64,000 nt of DNA from Myxococcales bacterium (GCA_043747615.1 JAYTOU010000049.1:1-64000); one strand, 5' to 3'; positions 8,796 to 18,866 are shown, numbered from the stretch's first letter. Notes: generated by a model not told the origin, from the letters alone. Numbers and translations: made by a program.

Positions 8796-8811
8796 TACAA
8801 GCCCCGTGCCG
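8796..8811 (-). promoter_or_regulatory. Possible sigma54 promoter (imperfect -12)
   Basis: CGGCACG-GGGC-TTGTA upstream of the csbD-like gene; -12 GC is replaced by GT. Confidence 0.35.
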
Positions 8812-8875
8812 CTTCGAAATCCGGTCTTTTTCATCCTCTTGCGACTCGATTGTGACGCGAGCGCGCGCACGTCGG

Positions 8876-9382
8876 TCACGGTTGGGGCGGTATGGCGTCG
8901 AAGAGGTTGAGGCGGTCGGCCAGCCCCATGATGAACATGATCAGCATCTCCGCCTGGAACGGCTTTCCGATGTGGAGCTCGAAACCGGCGAGCCGCGCTT
9001 CTTCGCGGATCTCAGGACTGTCCTGACCCGTGATCGCGATGGCGTGGATGTCGGCGCCGAAGGGGAGCTCCTTCACCTGGCGCACGAGCGAGCACCCGTC
9101 TTCGTCCGGCATCGCCAGGTCGGACACGAGCATTCGCGGACGCCAACGTTTCATCAGTGCGAGCGCGGCGGAGGCCGAAGCGACACCTCGAACGTCTGCG
9201 CCTTCCTTCGCCAAGACGAAGGTCAGGAGCTCGCGGTTGTCGTCGTTGTCGTCGACGACGAGCATCGGGAGGCCGAGGAGTCGCGACCCCGGCGCTCTCC
9301 TCGCGCGTGGTACCGGCGGGATCGGCGTCACGTGATCTCCCGCGAGCGGGGTGGCGGCACCGTCCGAGTTGCTTTCCTTCAC
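8876..9382 (-). CDS. Stand-alone response regulator receiver protein
   Basis: LVVDD, VSDLAMPDEDG, AITG and KPF motifs; start uncertain. Confidence 0.85.
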   Translation of the reverse strand: MKESNSDGAATPLAGDHVTPIPPVPRARRAPGSRLLGLPMLVVDDNDDNRELLTFVLAKEGADVRGVASASAALALMKRWRPRMLVSDLAMPDEDGCSLVRQVKELPFGADIHAIAITGQDSPEIREEARLAGFELHIGKPFQAEMLIMFIMGLADRLNLFDAIPPQP

Positions 9383-9472
9383 GATGGTCTCATTCCTCTC
9401 AAAAACATGTGAAAAAGCGTTGCCCTCGCCTGCTGCCATCGGGTGCGCTATGTTTGCAGATGGGGCGCGCAG

Positions 9473-9904
9473 ATGCACGAGAACGAGCAGCAAAACCGGG
9501 CCGTGCCCTTCGATCTGATTGCCGAAGAGGAGGACCTCGTCGACAGCGTGCGTAACGCGCTCAGCAACGATCCGGATCGTTTGAAGCGCGTCGCCCAGCT
9601 CCTCCTGGACTCCGAGGTGGAAGATCGTGTGATCCACCAACAGCGCACCAAGCAAACCGCCGAGGGTGATGCAACGAAGCGCTGGGCTCTTTTTAAGAAG
9701 AGGCTCAGCGCGGTCTCATCGTTTGGAGCAGCTCAGGATCTCGTCGACTCCGTGCCCCAGGCCGCCGCGCTTCGGGAGCGACTCTTTTATTTGCATCTTG
9801 GAAGATTCATTCAGACACAGAACGTTCCCGAAGCCGCGAGCGCGGAAGAACAGGTGGAGCTCCGCGCTCTACTTCTCCGCATCACGGAGTCGCAAAAGCG
9901 CTGA
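9473..9904 (+). CDS. Hypothetical protein
   Basis: Helical, plausible composition; fills the gap between minus-strand genes. Confidence 0.5.
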   Translation: MHENEQQNRAVPFDLIAEEEDLVDSVRNALSNDPDRLKRVAQLLLDSEVEDRVIHQQRTKQTAEGDATKRWALFKKRLSAVSSFGAAQDLVDSVPQAAALRERLFYLHLGRFIQTQNVPEAASAEEQVELRALLLRITESQKR

Positions 9905-9923
9905 GCCCCCCCTCCTGGCAGAG

Positions 9924-10184
9924 CTAGACGAGCGCGCCTCGACCGAAGACAGCGTGCTTCACCCCGAGCACGACCATCGCGCCAATGACGGCGACGAACA
10001 TGCTCCAGATGTTGAACCCGGTAACACCGACGGCGCCGACGAGGTTGAAGAGAAACCCGCCGAGCACCGCACCGACGATGCCGAGAAGGATGTCGAGAAG
10101 GGCGCCTTCGCCGCTCCGATTGACAACCTTGCTAGCGATGAACCCCGAGATGAGACCGAGAACGATCCATGCGAGAATGGACAT
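9924..10184 (-). CDS. GlsB/YeaQ/YmgE (transglycosylase-associated) stress membrane protein
   Basis: MSILAWIVLGLISGFIASK...DILLGIVGAVLGG...AVIGA signature. Confidence 0.92.
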   Translation of the reverse strand: MSILAWIVLGLISGFIASKVVNRSGEGALLDILLGIVGAVLGGFLFNLVGAVGVTGFNIWSMFVAVIGAMVVLGVKHAVFGRGALV

Positions 10185-10196
10185 GACGTAGCTCCT

Positions 10197-11093
10197 TTAC
10201 TTGACCTGGTTGCCGTTGGGCGACACGGGCGAGAGAATGATTTCGACGCGACGGTTGTTCGCGCGGCCTTCCGCCGACGTGTTGTCTGCGATCGGGCGAT
10301 CCGGGCCGATGCCGACGGCTTTGACGTTCTCCGAGGGAATACCGTGGCTCGTGAGATACGTGCGGACCGACTCAGCGCGATGCTGCGAGAGCTCCATGTT
10401 GTACTGGTGCGCGCCCTGCGAGTCGGTGTGGCCTTCGATGGTGACAGTGCGCTCGGGCGCGGCCTTGAGAGCGGTGACGACGTTCTCGAGCTGACTCATG
10501 GCGCCGCCGATGAGCTCGTATTTCGCCGAAGCAAAGAGCACCTGTCCGGAGAGCGTGATGACCATGCCGCGCGCTTCTTCCTTCACCGGAATCTTCGCGA
10601 GCGCGAGAGCGTCCATCGCGTCCTTCGCCCGCTTGTCCGCCTCGAGACGACGGTCGCGTTCCTGCTGAAGCTGCTGCGCAGTCATCGCGCCCCGATTCTG
10701 CTCGCCGGCGAGGGCTGCCTTCGTGTCCTTCAGATCGGTCTCGGTCTGCTGGCCCTTGGCGAGCTTGTTGCGCGCGGTTTCGCCTTCCGCTTTCGCGAGA
10801 CCGGCCTGCGCTTCCGCGAGCTGAGTCTTGCGAAGAGCGACGTACGCTCGGTCCTGGGTTTCCGTGGAGGTGGGATCGTCTTCGAACGATTTTTCCGCGA
10901 GGTCGAGCGACTCCTTCGCGACGTGGAGCTGCGCAGGATCGAGCTGACCCGCCTCGCCAGCGGATGCCTTCTTGAATTCGGCGCGGGCAAGGACGAGCTC
11001 CTTCGGCGGCATGGCCGTGGCGCATGCGGCGAGAGGTGCAATGAAAGCAAATGCGAGGGCGAAGCTGGAAAACGTCTTCTGAATGGTTTTCAT
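10197..11093 (-). CDS. OmpA-family lipoprotein with N-terminal DUF4398
   Basis: Lipobox LAAC; IEGHTDS, NMELSQHRAESV, NRRVEI. Confidence 0.92.
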   Translation of the reverse strand: MKTIQKTFSSFALAFAFIAPLAACATAMPPKELVLARAEFKKASAGEAGQLDPAQLHVAKESLDLAEKSFEDDPTSTETQDRAYVALRKTQLAEAQAGLAKAEGETARNKLAKGQQTETDLKDTKAALAGEQNRGAMTAQQLQQERDRRLEADKRAKDAMDALALAKIPVKEEARGMVITLSGQVLFASAKYELIGGAMSQLENVVTALKAAPERTVTIEGHTDSQGAHQYNMELSQHRAESVRTYLTSHGIPSENVKAVGIGPDRPIADNTSAEGRANNRRVEIILSPVSPNGNQVK

Positions 11094-11101
11094 GGAATCT
11101 C

Positions 11102-11440
11102 CTACTTCTTCTTCAGATCTTCGGTGGACTTCGCCGCTTCGCTCTTGGCCTTGGATTCACGTGCCAAGGCGACGGCAAGCTCTCCGTCGGCGTCTGCGCG
11201 AAGCAGGGTGAACTCGGCTCGCTTGTTGTCGCCGTCTGCCATCTGCGCTTTCGCCTGATCAATTTCTTCCTGAGCAAGCTTCATATGGAGGGCCCCCTGG
11301 GGATCCTTGTCGGCGTTGAGCTCGCGGGCCGCACGCACCGAAGCTTCGGAGGTGGCCATCCGTGCGGTGGGGGCCGGGTAGGACCCACAACCAACGGCAA
11401 AAATAGGAATCAACGTTGCTGCAATCGCAAAGCATTTCAT
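11102..11440 (-). CDS. DUF4398 lipoprotein
   Basis: Lipobox AVGC; SVRAA.E..A..P..ALHMKLA.E...A...L.RA.AD.ELA pattern; usual partner of DUF4398-OmpA. Confidence 0.85.
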   Translation of the reverse strand: MKCFAIAATLIPIFAVGCGSYPAPTARMATSEASVRAARELNADKDPQGALHMKLAQEEIDQAKAQMADGDNKRAEFTLLRADADGELAVALARESKAKSEAAKSTEDLKKK

Positions 11441-11466
11441 TTCGTCCCTCATTCTTGGCCTCGCTT

Positions 11467-11482
11467 TGCATGAGTCGGGCCG
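11467..11482 (-). promoter_or_regulatory. Putative sigma54 promoter
   Basis: CGGCCCG-ACTC-ATGCA with GG-N10-GC spacing, between the activator gene and the DUF4398/OmpA operon. Confidence 0.55.
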
Positions 11483-11590
11483 CTGACGGAAGCGCTGTAA
11501 AAGGCAGCAATCAGCGCGAGTGTGACGGTGTTGCACCGAGGCGAGCTGTGCGCTGTGGCGAATTTGCCGATCAGCGCGAGCCAAGCTCGG

Positions 11591-12970
11591 TCAGCCCTCG
11601 GAGGGCGCTTTGGTCTCGACGCCGCAGCGTTCGAGCTTTCGGTACAGGGTGCGCCGATCGAAGCCGAGGACTTGGGCGGCCAGCGTCTTGTTGCCGCCGA
11701 GCGCCTCGAGAACGCGAAGGATGTACCTTCGCTCGACTTCGTCCATCGTGAGAAGCTCGGACGGATCGGAGGTCTCTACGATCACCCGCGACTGCTTGAA
11801 CGCCCTGATTTTTTCGGGGAGATCGTCGACGCCGATCTGGTCGAAGCGAGCGAGGGCGACGGCGCGCTCGATGCAATTCTGCAGCTCTCTCACGTTCCCA
11901 GGCCACGGATAGGTGAGGAGCTTGTCGGCAGCGCCGCTCGACATGCCGGTGACCTTCGAGCGCGCCGACGCCGCGTAGCGCTCGATGAAATGCTGAGCAA
12001 GGAGGAGGACGTCGCTCCCGCGCGCGCGAAGGGGCGGTACGTTGATGCGCACCACGTTGATTCGGTAAAAAAGATCCTCGCGGAAGCGCTTCTCGTCGAC
12101 CTCGGTCTCGAGATCGCGATTCGTCGCGGCGACGAGGCGTGCATCGAAGGGCACTTCTTGATCGCCGCCGACGGGACGCACCGTGCGCTCCTGCAGCGCG
12201 CGAAGAAGCTTGGCCTGCATGCCCATCGGCATCTCGCCGATCTCGTCGAGGAAGAGCGTGCCTTTCGAGGCTTTCACGAAGAGGCCGGGGCGCGCGTTTC
12301 TCGCGTCGGTGAACGCGCCGCGGGTGTGTCCGAAGAGCTCGCTCTCGAGGAGCGTCTCGGGCATTGCCGCGCAGTTGATGGCCACGAACGGCCCCTTCGC
12401 GCGCGGGCTGCGAGTGTGGAGGGCCTTGGCGACCAGCTCTTTTCCGGTACCGCTCTCACCGGTGACGAGCACGCTCGTATCGCTTTCTGCCACGCGGTCG
12501 AGGAGATCTCTGACCGTTTCCATCGTGGGGCTCCGCCCGATGATGTCGTCGTTGCGCTCGGTCTCGTCGAACGCGAGCTTGAGGCGGCGCACTTCGTCGC
12601 GAAGCTGCCGATGACGAAGCGCGCGCTCGAGGGTGAGGGCGATGTCGTCCATCTCGAAGGGCTTGCTCACGAAGTCGTACGCGCCGGCTCGAATGGCTGC
12701 GACCGCGGTTTCCATGCTGCCGAACGCCGTCATCACTACCACCGGGATGTCGTCCCGGCGCTCGACGATCTGGCGGCAGAGATCAATGCCGCTCATGCCT
12801 TGCATGTTGAGGTCGGTCACGACGACGTCGAAGTCCTGATCGGTGAGGAGAGCCAAGGCATCGCCAGGAGAGGTGCGCGTAACGACCTCAAAATCGCGCC
12901 TTTTCAGGGCACTTTCGAGGATCTCGCACATGCTGCGATCGTCGTCGATGATGAGAATGCGTCCTTGCAC
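11591..12970 (-). CDS. Sigma54-dependent response regulator (NtrC/AtoC family: REC, AAA+, Fis HTH)
   Basis: GESGTGKE, ESELFGH..GAFTDA, FLDEIGE, WPGNVREL, C-terminal HTH. Confidence 0.95.
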   Translation of the reverse strand: MQGRILIIDDDRSMCEILESALKRRDFEVVTRTSPGDALALLTDQDFDVVVTDLNMQGMSGIDLCRQIVERRDDIPVVVMTAFGSMETAVAAIRAGAYDFVSKPFEMDDIALTLERALRHRQLRDEVRRLKLAFDETERNDDIIGRSPTMETVRDLLDRVAESDTSVLVTGESGTGKELVAKALHTRSPRAKGPFVAINCAAMPETLLESELFGHTRGAFTDARNARPGLFVKASKGTLFLDEIGEMPMGMQAKLLRALQERTVRPVGGDQEVPFDARLVAATNRDLETEVDEKRFREDLFYRINVVRINVPPLRARGSDVLLLAQHFIERYAASARSKVTGMSSGAADKLLTYPWPGNVRELQNCIERAVALARFDQIGVDDLPEKIRAFKQSRVIVETSDPSELLTMDEVERRYILRVLEALGGNKTLAAQVLGFDRRTLYRKLERCGVETKAPSEG

Positions 12971-13052
12971 GAATTTCTACCTCGCGCGGACTTTACGTCA
13001 GACTACTCCTGTCGAGTAGCATTCCTTTGACGCCGGTGGTCGCTCGACGATC

Positions 13053-14228
13053 TCAGTTCGCGGGGAAGTAATCGGCGAGAGGCGTCGCCCCGACCGCCGA
13101 GCCGATTCGAGGCACGCCGAGGCCGTCCTCGATCGTCGCCAGGAGCGAGAAATGATCGCCGTGCACGGGACTGACGAAAGCGCTCGTTTTTGCGTACGGC
13201 GAAAGGACGAAGATCGGAATCGGATCGTCCGTCTTCGAAAGGGGGTTGAGGCCGCCCGATCCGTCGTCTTCGTCCCACACGATGACGAGGAGCCCACCGT
13301 TCTTGAAGGCCGGCGAGTCGATGATCGCTTTTGCGTTCGTGGAGAGCCAAGTGTCGCCCTGCGCGACGTCGGCCGCGGCCTGCTGGAGACCCGTGCCGTG
13401 CATGTCGTTGGTCAAGCTCGGAGCGATGAACGAAAAAGCCGGAGGCGCTGCCGCGAGATCGGTGGCGAAGAAGCCCGCGTACGGCACGACGTGCGATGTG
13501 CAGCGAGCGCCAGCATCGCCGGCCTGCATGTTGTCGTAGTAGAGAAACGGCATGTGCTTCGGCGCGTAGCCGCCTGCCGTCGCGGTGTTACACGCCGTTC
13601 CCATGTCCTCGCCGTAGGCCTTCCACGTCTTTCCGCTGGCCTCGAGCTGATCTCCGAGGTGGGCCACACCCTGGTTGCACCCGCAGCCGCTGGGGAACGG
13701 CAGCGTGTTGCAGATGGTGCAAGAGGCGCCGACGGGAGAGCAGTCGCACTTGACGCCTTGATCATCGCCCGAGGTGAGGGCGAGGTAGTTCGGGAGGCTC
13801 GGGTGGGAAGTACCGTGGTAGTCGGAGCCAGTCGCCGCCACGGTTGCGAGCGCCTTCAGGTACGGCGTGTTCGTCGCCGCATCGAGAGAGGCCTTCGACG
13901 TGTTCTCCATCATGATCACGAACAAGTGGGAAAAAACTGGAATCCCTGAGGTCGCGCGGCAAACCGGTATGCCGTTTGCTGAGCCGCAGGTCGTTCCGCT
14001 GGGACACGTCCCGCAGCCGACTTTTGGAGCGTCACTCGTCGGGCCGTCGGCGCTGCTTCCGCCCTCGTCTGTCGAGGCTTCGCCCGTTCCGCCACCGTCT
14101 GCTCCCGGGCCTCCCGTGCCGGCGTCGCCGCCCGCGTCGGCGCTGGAAGACGAGCACGCGTTCAAGGCCACTGCCGACAAACAGCTCGCGAGGCAGAAGA
14201 ACGAGACAAAGCGCGAAGCGTGGTTCAT
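13053..14228 (-). CDS. Phosphoesterase (SapM-like acid phosphatase) lipoprotein
   Basis: Lipobox LNAC; IMMEN, HPSLPNYLAL, KHMPF, NDMH, WDED, HFSLLATIED. Confidence 0.85.
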   Translation of the reverse strand: MNHASRFVSFFCLASCLSAVALNACSSSSADAGGDAGTGGPGADGGGTGEASTDEGGSSADGPTSDAPKVGCGTCPSGTTCGSANGIPVCRATSGIPVFSHLFVIMMENTSKASLDAATNTPYLKALATVAATGSDYHGTSHPSLPNYLALTSGDDQGVKCDCSPVGASCTICNTLPFPSGCGCNQGVAHLGDQLEASGKTWKAYGEDMGTACNTATAGGYAPKHMPFLYYDNMQAGDAGARCTSHVVPYAGFFATDLAAAPPAFSFIAPSLTNDMHGTGLQQAAADVAQGDTWLSTNAKAIIDSPAFKNGGLLVIVWDEDDGSGGLNPLSKTDDPIPIFVLSPYAKTSAFVSPVHGDHFSLLATIEDGLGVPRIGSAVGATPLADYFPAN

Positions 14229-14583
14229 CGGATGATTCCTCTCGAGAAGGGACTGTTCGCCAAACGGAGTCGGCAGATGAATGTACCGGTGTCCGTCGTG
14301 CGCAGGCAGCGCCGTGACGATTTTTTTCTAAGGGCCGACGCGCGCGCTCGCGTCTGGGTCGCAGAAGCGCTTCGCACCGCTGCAATCAGCCGAGACCATC
14401 CGCCAAACGAGCCCCGCCTCGCCGTTGAAGATGAGGCAAGACGCGTCGGCCGCCGTCACTTGGCCAGAGCGGCGGACGTCGAGCGCGATGCCTGCAGGCG
14501 ATGGAGCTCGACGTGAAACGAAATGACGACGGGGGTCGGATTCGGCGACACGCCGGCGAGCGCTACGACCGCGATCTACGCCA

Positions 14584-15225
14584 TCAATGCTTCGGGCTCC
14601 GCAGGTGACACGCGGCGCGCCCACCTTTTTCGACGTATTGCTGGTGGTATTCCTCTGCGTTCGTAAAGGCGACCGCGGGCACGATCTCGGTCACGATCGG
14701 AGCGCGCACCTCTCCCGATTTCTGCAGACGATCGCGCGAGGCGAGTGCTGCGGCCTTCTGCTCCGGATTGAAGAAGAAGATGACGGACCGGTACTGCTCG
14801 CCGACGTCTGGTCCTTGACGATTCTTCGTCGTCGGATCGTGCAAGTTCCAGAAAAGATCGAGGAGCCGATCGTACGCGATGACCTTGGGATCGTATTCGA
14901 CGCGAACGCTCTCGGCGTGACCGGTGGTGCCGGAGCAAACGTCTTCGTAGCTGGGGTGATCGGTGTGGCCGCCCGAGTAGCCCACGGCGGTAGCGAGCAC
15001 GCCTGGCTCCTTGCGGAATTCCTCTTCCACGCCCCAGAAGCATCCGGCGGCGAACGACGCGAGCTCGGTCTTGGGCATCACGGCCGGCGCGCTCTTCGTT
15101 GCCACCAGGCCGTTCGCAGTCACGCGCCTAGCACCGCTCTGACCTGCGGCTGCCGCGTGGCAACCCGAGATCGTCATGAAGACTCCGCCCGCCAAGACCA
15201 CCGCAAGTGTGCTTCCGATGCTCAT
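14584..15225 (-). CDS. msrA: Peptide-methionine (S)-S-oxide reductase with N-terminal export/lipoprotein signal
   Basis: [34 protein letters not shown]; signal peptide ending ISGC. Confidence 0.95.
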   Translation of the reverse strand: MSIGSTLAVVLAGGVFMTISGCHAAAAGQSGARRVTANGLVATKSAPAVMPKTELASFAAGCFWGVEEEFRKEPGVLATAVGYSGGHTDHPSYEDVCSGTTGHAESVRVEYDPKVIAYDRLLDLFWNLHDPTTKNRQGPDVGEQYRSVIFFFNPEQKAAALASRDRLQKSGEVRAPIVTEIVPAVAFTNAEEYHQQYVEKGGRAACHLRSPKH

Positions 15226-15245
15226 CTTCAGCCTCCGCTAAGAGA

Positions 15246-15271
15246 TACGCGGGACGCCGGCAGGTGGTTTC
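15246..15271 (-). promoter_or_regulatory. Putative ECF sigma promoter of msrA
   Basis: GAAACC-N16-CGTA immediately upstream of the GGAGG RBS of msrA. Confidence 0.55.
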
Positions 15272-15276
15272 GGTCG

Positions 15277-15945
15277 TCAGGGGCGAATTCGAATTCCTAG
15301 CACCCTGCGCCCCAGCCAGGCCCCCGCGATCCCAAGGACTACGATCGGCGCGAGGTGACCGAGGACCACGTGGGCGGTTGCCGACACCGGGCAATGAAGA
15401 TCGATTATCACTCCGGCCCATGCACCTGCGGCGGCGCCCAGCGCTGCGCCCGTCACTCGCGGCTGCACGGGATCCAAACCATGGCGCACCACCACGAACG
15501 CGACGATGGGGCTGAGCGAGAAGACGATCGTCATCGCAAAGCAGGCGAGGTGAATCCCGAGCGACGCAGCGGGGGCGTTCGCCTCGGGACACATCATGCT
15601 CCACACGAGAAACCACAGAAAGAGCGCGGGTGCCGTGGCGAGGGCGACGACCAGCAGCCATCCGACGGGACGAGCGAGCATCGACCTTCGGCGACCGAAC
15701 GCTCCCCACGTAGCTGCGAGCGCGATGATCAGCCACCCGGCAGCGGTGACAGCCACGACCTCGGTCGTTCGCGTGCCGAGGTGGAGACCTCCTAAAGCGA
15801 AGAACAAAGTGATCCCGCCGAGCAAGGCGGCGGCCGCGGCGAACGCCGTGAAGAGTCGCACCGAAGCGCGATTCGGCGACGGTTCGTGGGAAGCCGCTTC
15901 GAGCACCCGCTTGCGGAGATCGTCGGGGAGCCGCGCGGAGGTCAT
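15277..15945 (-). CDS. NrsF/DUF1109-like membrane anti-sigma factor
   Basis: About 6 TM; Cys in HLACF and LHCP...HVVLGH; coupled to the ECF sigma. Confidence 0.8.
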   Translation of the reverse strand: MTSARLPDDLRKRVLEAASHEPSPNRASVRLFTAFAAAAALLGGITLFFALGGLHLGTRTTEVVAVTAAGWLIIALAATWGAFGRRRSMLARPVGWLLVVALATAPALFLWFLVWSMMCPEANAPAASLGIHLACFAMTIVFSLSPIVAFVVVRHGLDPVQPRVTGAALGAAAGAWAGVIIDLHCPVSATAHVVLGHLAPIVVLGIAGAWLGRRVLGIRIRP

Positions 15946-16496
15946 GGTTGCCTGCCGAGCGCGCTGCGCAGAGCTTCGTAGGCCCGATGGGTGCGGAGCT
16001 TCACGGCCGACACAGTCGTCCCGAGCACTTGCGCGGCTTCGGCCATGGACAGCCCCTCACGTTTGACGAGATCGAATGCGACCCGCTGCGTCTCGGGAAG
16101 CTTCGCCAGCTCCGTCAGGAGCAGCGTCGCCAGCTCGGCGGCTTCGAAGAGCTGATCGGCGGGTGCATCCGGGGACACGACGTCCGCCGTGGCATCATCC
16201 GGATCCTTCGCGAGGATTTCGCGTTTACCTCGGCGCATGCCGTCAATCATCAGGCGCCGGGCGATGGCAAAAGCCCACGGGACGACGTCGGAGCCTGTGA
16301 TGAAGCGCCCCCGCGCGCGGTGCATCTGGAGCATCGTCTGCTGGACGAGATCCTCGGCGCGCGCATGATCGCGGGTTTGACGAAAGAGGTAACCAAAGAG
16401 GCGCGGCGCCAGCCCGTCGTAGAGCTCGCCGAACGCGGAGTCGTCGCCTTCGGCGTAGCGATCCATGGCTACGTTGAGCTCGCTCGGCGGGGCCAC
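15942..16496 (-). CDS. ECF RNA polymerase sigma-70 factor
   Basis: AEDLVQQ, WAFAIARR (region 2); GLSMAEAA..LG.TVSAVKLRTHRA (region 4); start 16496 or 16466. Confidence 0.92.
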   Translation of the reverse strand: MAPPSELNVAMDRYAEGDDSAFGELYDGLAPRLFGYLFRQTRDHARAEDLVQQTMLQMHRARGRFITGSDVVPWAFAIARRLMIDGMRRGKREILAKDPDDATADVVSPDAPADQLFEAAELATLLLTELAKLPETQRVAFDLVKREGLSMAEAAQVLGTTVSAVKLRTHRAYEALRSALGRQP

Positions 16497-16560
16497 GCGG
16501 CAACTTGTAACACGTTCACTACTACGTATAGTCGGTCGATCAAGTTTCGCCGGAGCTGAA

Positions 16561-16941
16561 ATGCCGAACGTTCCTCGGCCCCCACGCATACTCGTGATTG
16601 ACGATGAACCCTTGGCCGGGCGCGCCATCCGGCGAAGCCTCGTCGAGTGGGACGTGTCGGTGAGCCTGAGCGCGGTCGAGGCTCTCCAGCGATTCGTACG
16701 TGGTGAGCGCTTCGATGCGATCGTCTGTGACGTGATGATGCCGAACATGACGGGCAGCGCCCTCCACGCGGAGCTGCTGCGCTTGGTGCCCGAGCAAGCG
16801 GAGCGAATGATCTTCGTGACCGGCGGCGCCTTGACCCCCGAAACCCAAGCGTTCGTCGAAGAGCACTCCGATCGCGTCATGCTCAAGCCGTTCGTCATTC
16901 GTGAATTGCAGCGGCGCATCCGAGAGCGCCTCGGGCGCTGA
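16561..16941 (+). CDS. Stand-alone response regulator receiver protein
   Basis: LVIDDE, CDVMMP, FVTGG, KPF. Confidence 0.88.
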   Translation: MPNVPRPPRILVIDDEPLAGRAIRRSLVEWDVSVSLSAVEALQRFVRGERFDAIVCDVMMPNMTGSALHAELLRLVPEQAERMIFVTGGALTPETQAFVEEHSDRVMLKPFVIRELQRRIRERLGR

Positions 16942-16946
16942 GACCC

Positions 16947-18866
16947 TTGCAACTCGTGGCCACGGCCATCGGTGTGGGCGCCCTCGCCGCAAGCGGCTTC
17001 GCGCTCGCGGAGGAAGATCCGCGCCGCCGGATGTGGCTGCGGATCACCGGTGGATGCCTGTTCGCTGGCCTATTCGTCGTCGATCCGGCGAGCTGGTTCG
17101 TAGGCGGCGTCGCTGTCGTGGCGGCTCTCGTCGTGATCAACTTCGTTCCAGGGTGGCGAGGCCTTCCCGCCTCGAAGCGACGCGCAGCCATGGATGCCGC
17201 GGTGTTGCTCGGCCTGGCGCTGTTTCTCCCCACGCTCATCGTGATCGCCGCGCTCGTCACGGGATCAGCGGATGCGGCCGCGACCGGCATGCTCCTCGCG
17301 GTCCCAGCGCTCCCCGAACGAGTCCTCCCCGCGATCGTGCTGTGGGTGGTCCTTCTCCTGCTCCTCGCAGACGGCGCGCGCCCCTCGCGCTCACCGGCGC
17401 TCGCCGTGAAGTGGGCGCTCTGCGCGACCATCGTTTGCCTCGGCATTCTTCGGGCAGCGCGCGTCGCCTCGCTCGCCTCGCTCCCCATCGAGACGGGCTG
17501 GTCGGAGAATCCTTTCCTGACCAACGCGCTCAAGCTCGAGGCGCACGTCCCGCTCTATGGTGACCCGGAGCTCCTCAATTCGTACACCTATTCACCGTTG
17601 ATCGATCTCCTTCACCGAGCGCTCCTTTTGCCCTTCGGTCTGCAGCTCTCGCTCCTCGCCAATCGCGGCTTGGTTCTGACCGAGCAACTCATCGCCATCG
17701 CGATCATGGTCTGGAGCCTCGCCCCGCACGTCGTGAAGTGGTCCGACGTCGGCGCACGGATAGGGCTTACGATCGGCCTTGGAACACTCGTCCTGTCAAG
17801 CGTCGTAGCGGCGGCGGTTCACCCCGATCACCCGTCGCTCGTGTGCATGGCGGTGGCGTGGGCTCTTCTCTTGCGCGAAGAGGTTTGGCCGCGCTGGGCG
17901 TGGTGGACGGCGCTGATGATGGTCACCCCGCTCGCAGTGTCCTTCAAGCTTTCGGGGGCTGGCATTGGCGTTGGGCTCGCCGCGGCGTTCGCGCTCGAGC
18001 GACGGTGGTCCGTGGTCCGGGTGCTCGCCGTCTCGGGGGCTTTGTCGGCTGCGACCCTTCCCCTCTTTAACGCGACGCTCGGCCGGTATTCGTTTTACGC
18101 GCTCACCCTCCAGAGCTCGCACCCCATCGAGTGGCATCGCATCACGGATTTGGTGACCGGTCCCTTCGGTCACGCCGCAGCGCCACTTGTTCTTGTGCTG
18201 GTGGCGGTGGGTGTGACGAGCGCCGAGTCAGTCGCGACGACAGCCGCGAAGCGCTTGGGTGCGCTCACGTTGGGTAGTTTCCTGTTCGCTCTCCCCGCCT
18301 ATCTGAAATACGCCGGACGCGACAACAACCTCATCGCTCCCTTCGCTTGCTTCGTGGCGACGGTCCTCGTCATCGCCGCCAAACCGCGGGCCCGCGTCCT
18401 ACATCCGCTCATCGTTCCGGCGTCGCTCCTGGTTTCTCTCGCCGCAATCTGCCCGCCACTTCTTCCGGTGAGAGGTGCAGCGCGCGCGCAGATCGTTCGC
18501 GAGGCCGGGGAGCTCGCGAACATCGTGAAAGGCAAAGGCACTTCGCTCCTGCTCGAGCAGACGAGCGCGCTCATCGCCGGGGATCACCGAGAAGTTCCCG
18601 TCGACCGTGGAAACTCCGCGATCGAGCTATTTTACGGGCGAAACGTGGCCGCATGCCGCCTCTTCGAGCACATCGAATCGGGCTACTACGACCGAATCGT
18701 GGTGGCGCACGATCTCCTCGCCCGGCGCGGCGATCTTCTCGGCAAGTTCAATGCGGAGCTCGCGCGGAGCCTGGCCGTCTACGAAGTGCGGACAGCGAGC
18801 GCGAGCTACGTCGTCTTCGAGAGCCCGAGCAAACAGCCAGCGACGTTCCGCGACTGTCGACCCTAG
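16947..18866 (+). CDS. Polytopic membrane protein, possibly GT-C-type glycosyltransferase
   Basis: Many TM segments; loop with ETGWSE..F, LYG and YTYSP; HPD and FK motifs. Confidence 0.6.
   Translation: MQLVATAIGVGALAASGFALAEEDPRRRMWLRITGGCLFAGLFVVDPASWFVGGVAVVAALVVINFVPGWRGLPASKRRAAMDAAVLLGLALFLPTLIVIAALVTGSADAAATGMLLAVPALPERVLPAIVLWVVLLLLLADGARPSRSPALAVKWALCATIVCLGILRAARVASLASLPIETGWSENPFLTNALKLEAHVPLYGDPELLNSYTYSPLIDLLHRALLLPFGLQLSLLANRGLVLTEQLIAIAIMVWSLAPHVVKWSDVGARIGLTIGLGTLVLSSVVAAAVHPDHPSLVCMAVAWALLLREEVWPRWAWWTALMMVTPLAVSFKLSGAGIGVGLAAAFALERRWSVVRVLAVSGALSAATLPLFNATLGRYSFYALTLQSSHPIEWHRITDLVTGPFGHAAAPLVLVLVAVGVTSAESVATTAAKRLGALTLGSFLFALPAYLKYAGRDNNLIAPFACFVATVLVIAAKPRARVLHPLIVPASLLVSLAAICPPLLPVRGAARAQIVREAGELANIVKGKGTSLLLEQTSALIAGDHREVPVDRGNSAIELFYGRNVAACRLFEHIESGYYDRIVVAHDLLARRGDLLGKFNAELARSLAVYEVRTASASYVVFESPSKQPATFRDCRP

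Noticed and set aside
9666..13030. 530-aa and 502-aa plus-strand ORFs
   Set aside because: Antisense shadows of the OmpA cluster and the NtrC-family gene
14328..14584. Possible gene remnant or amber read-through after msrA (ATG GCG TAG followed by IAVVALAG)
   Set aside because: No recognisable family; frames are short and inconsistent; no evidence for recoding
16506..16528. TGTAAC...CGTA as a plus-strand ECF promoter
   Set aside because: Spacer is only 13 nt, too short for a typical ECF promoter
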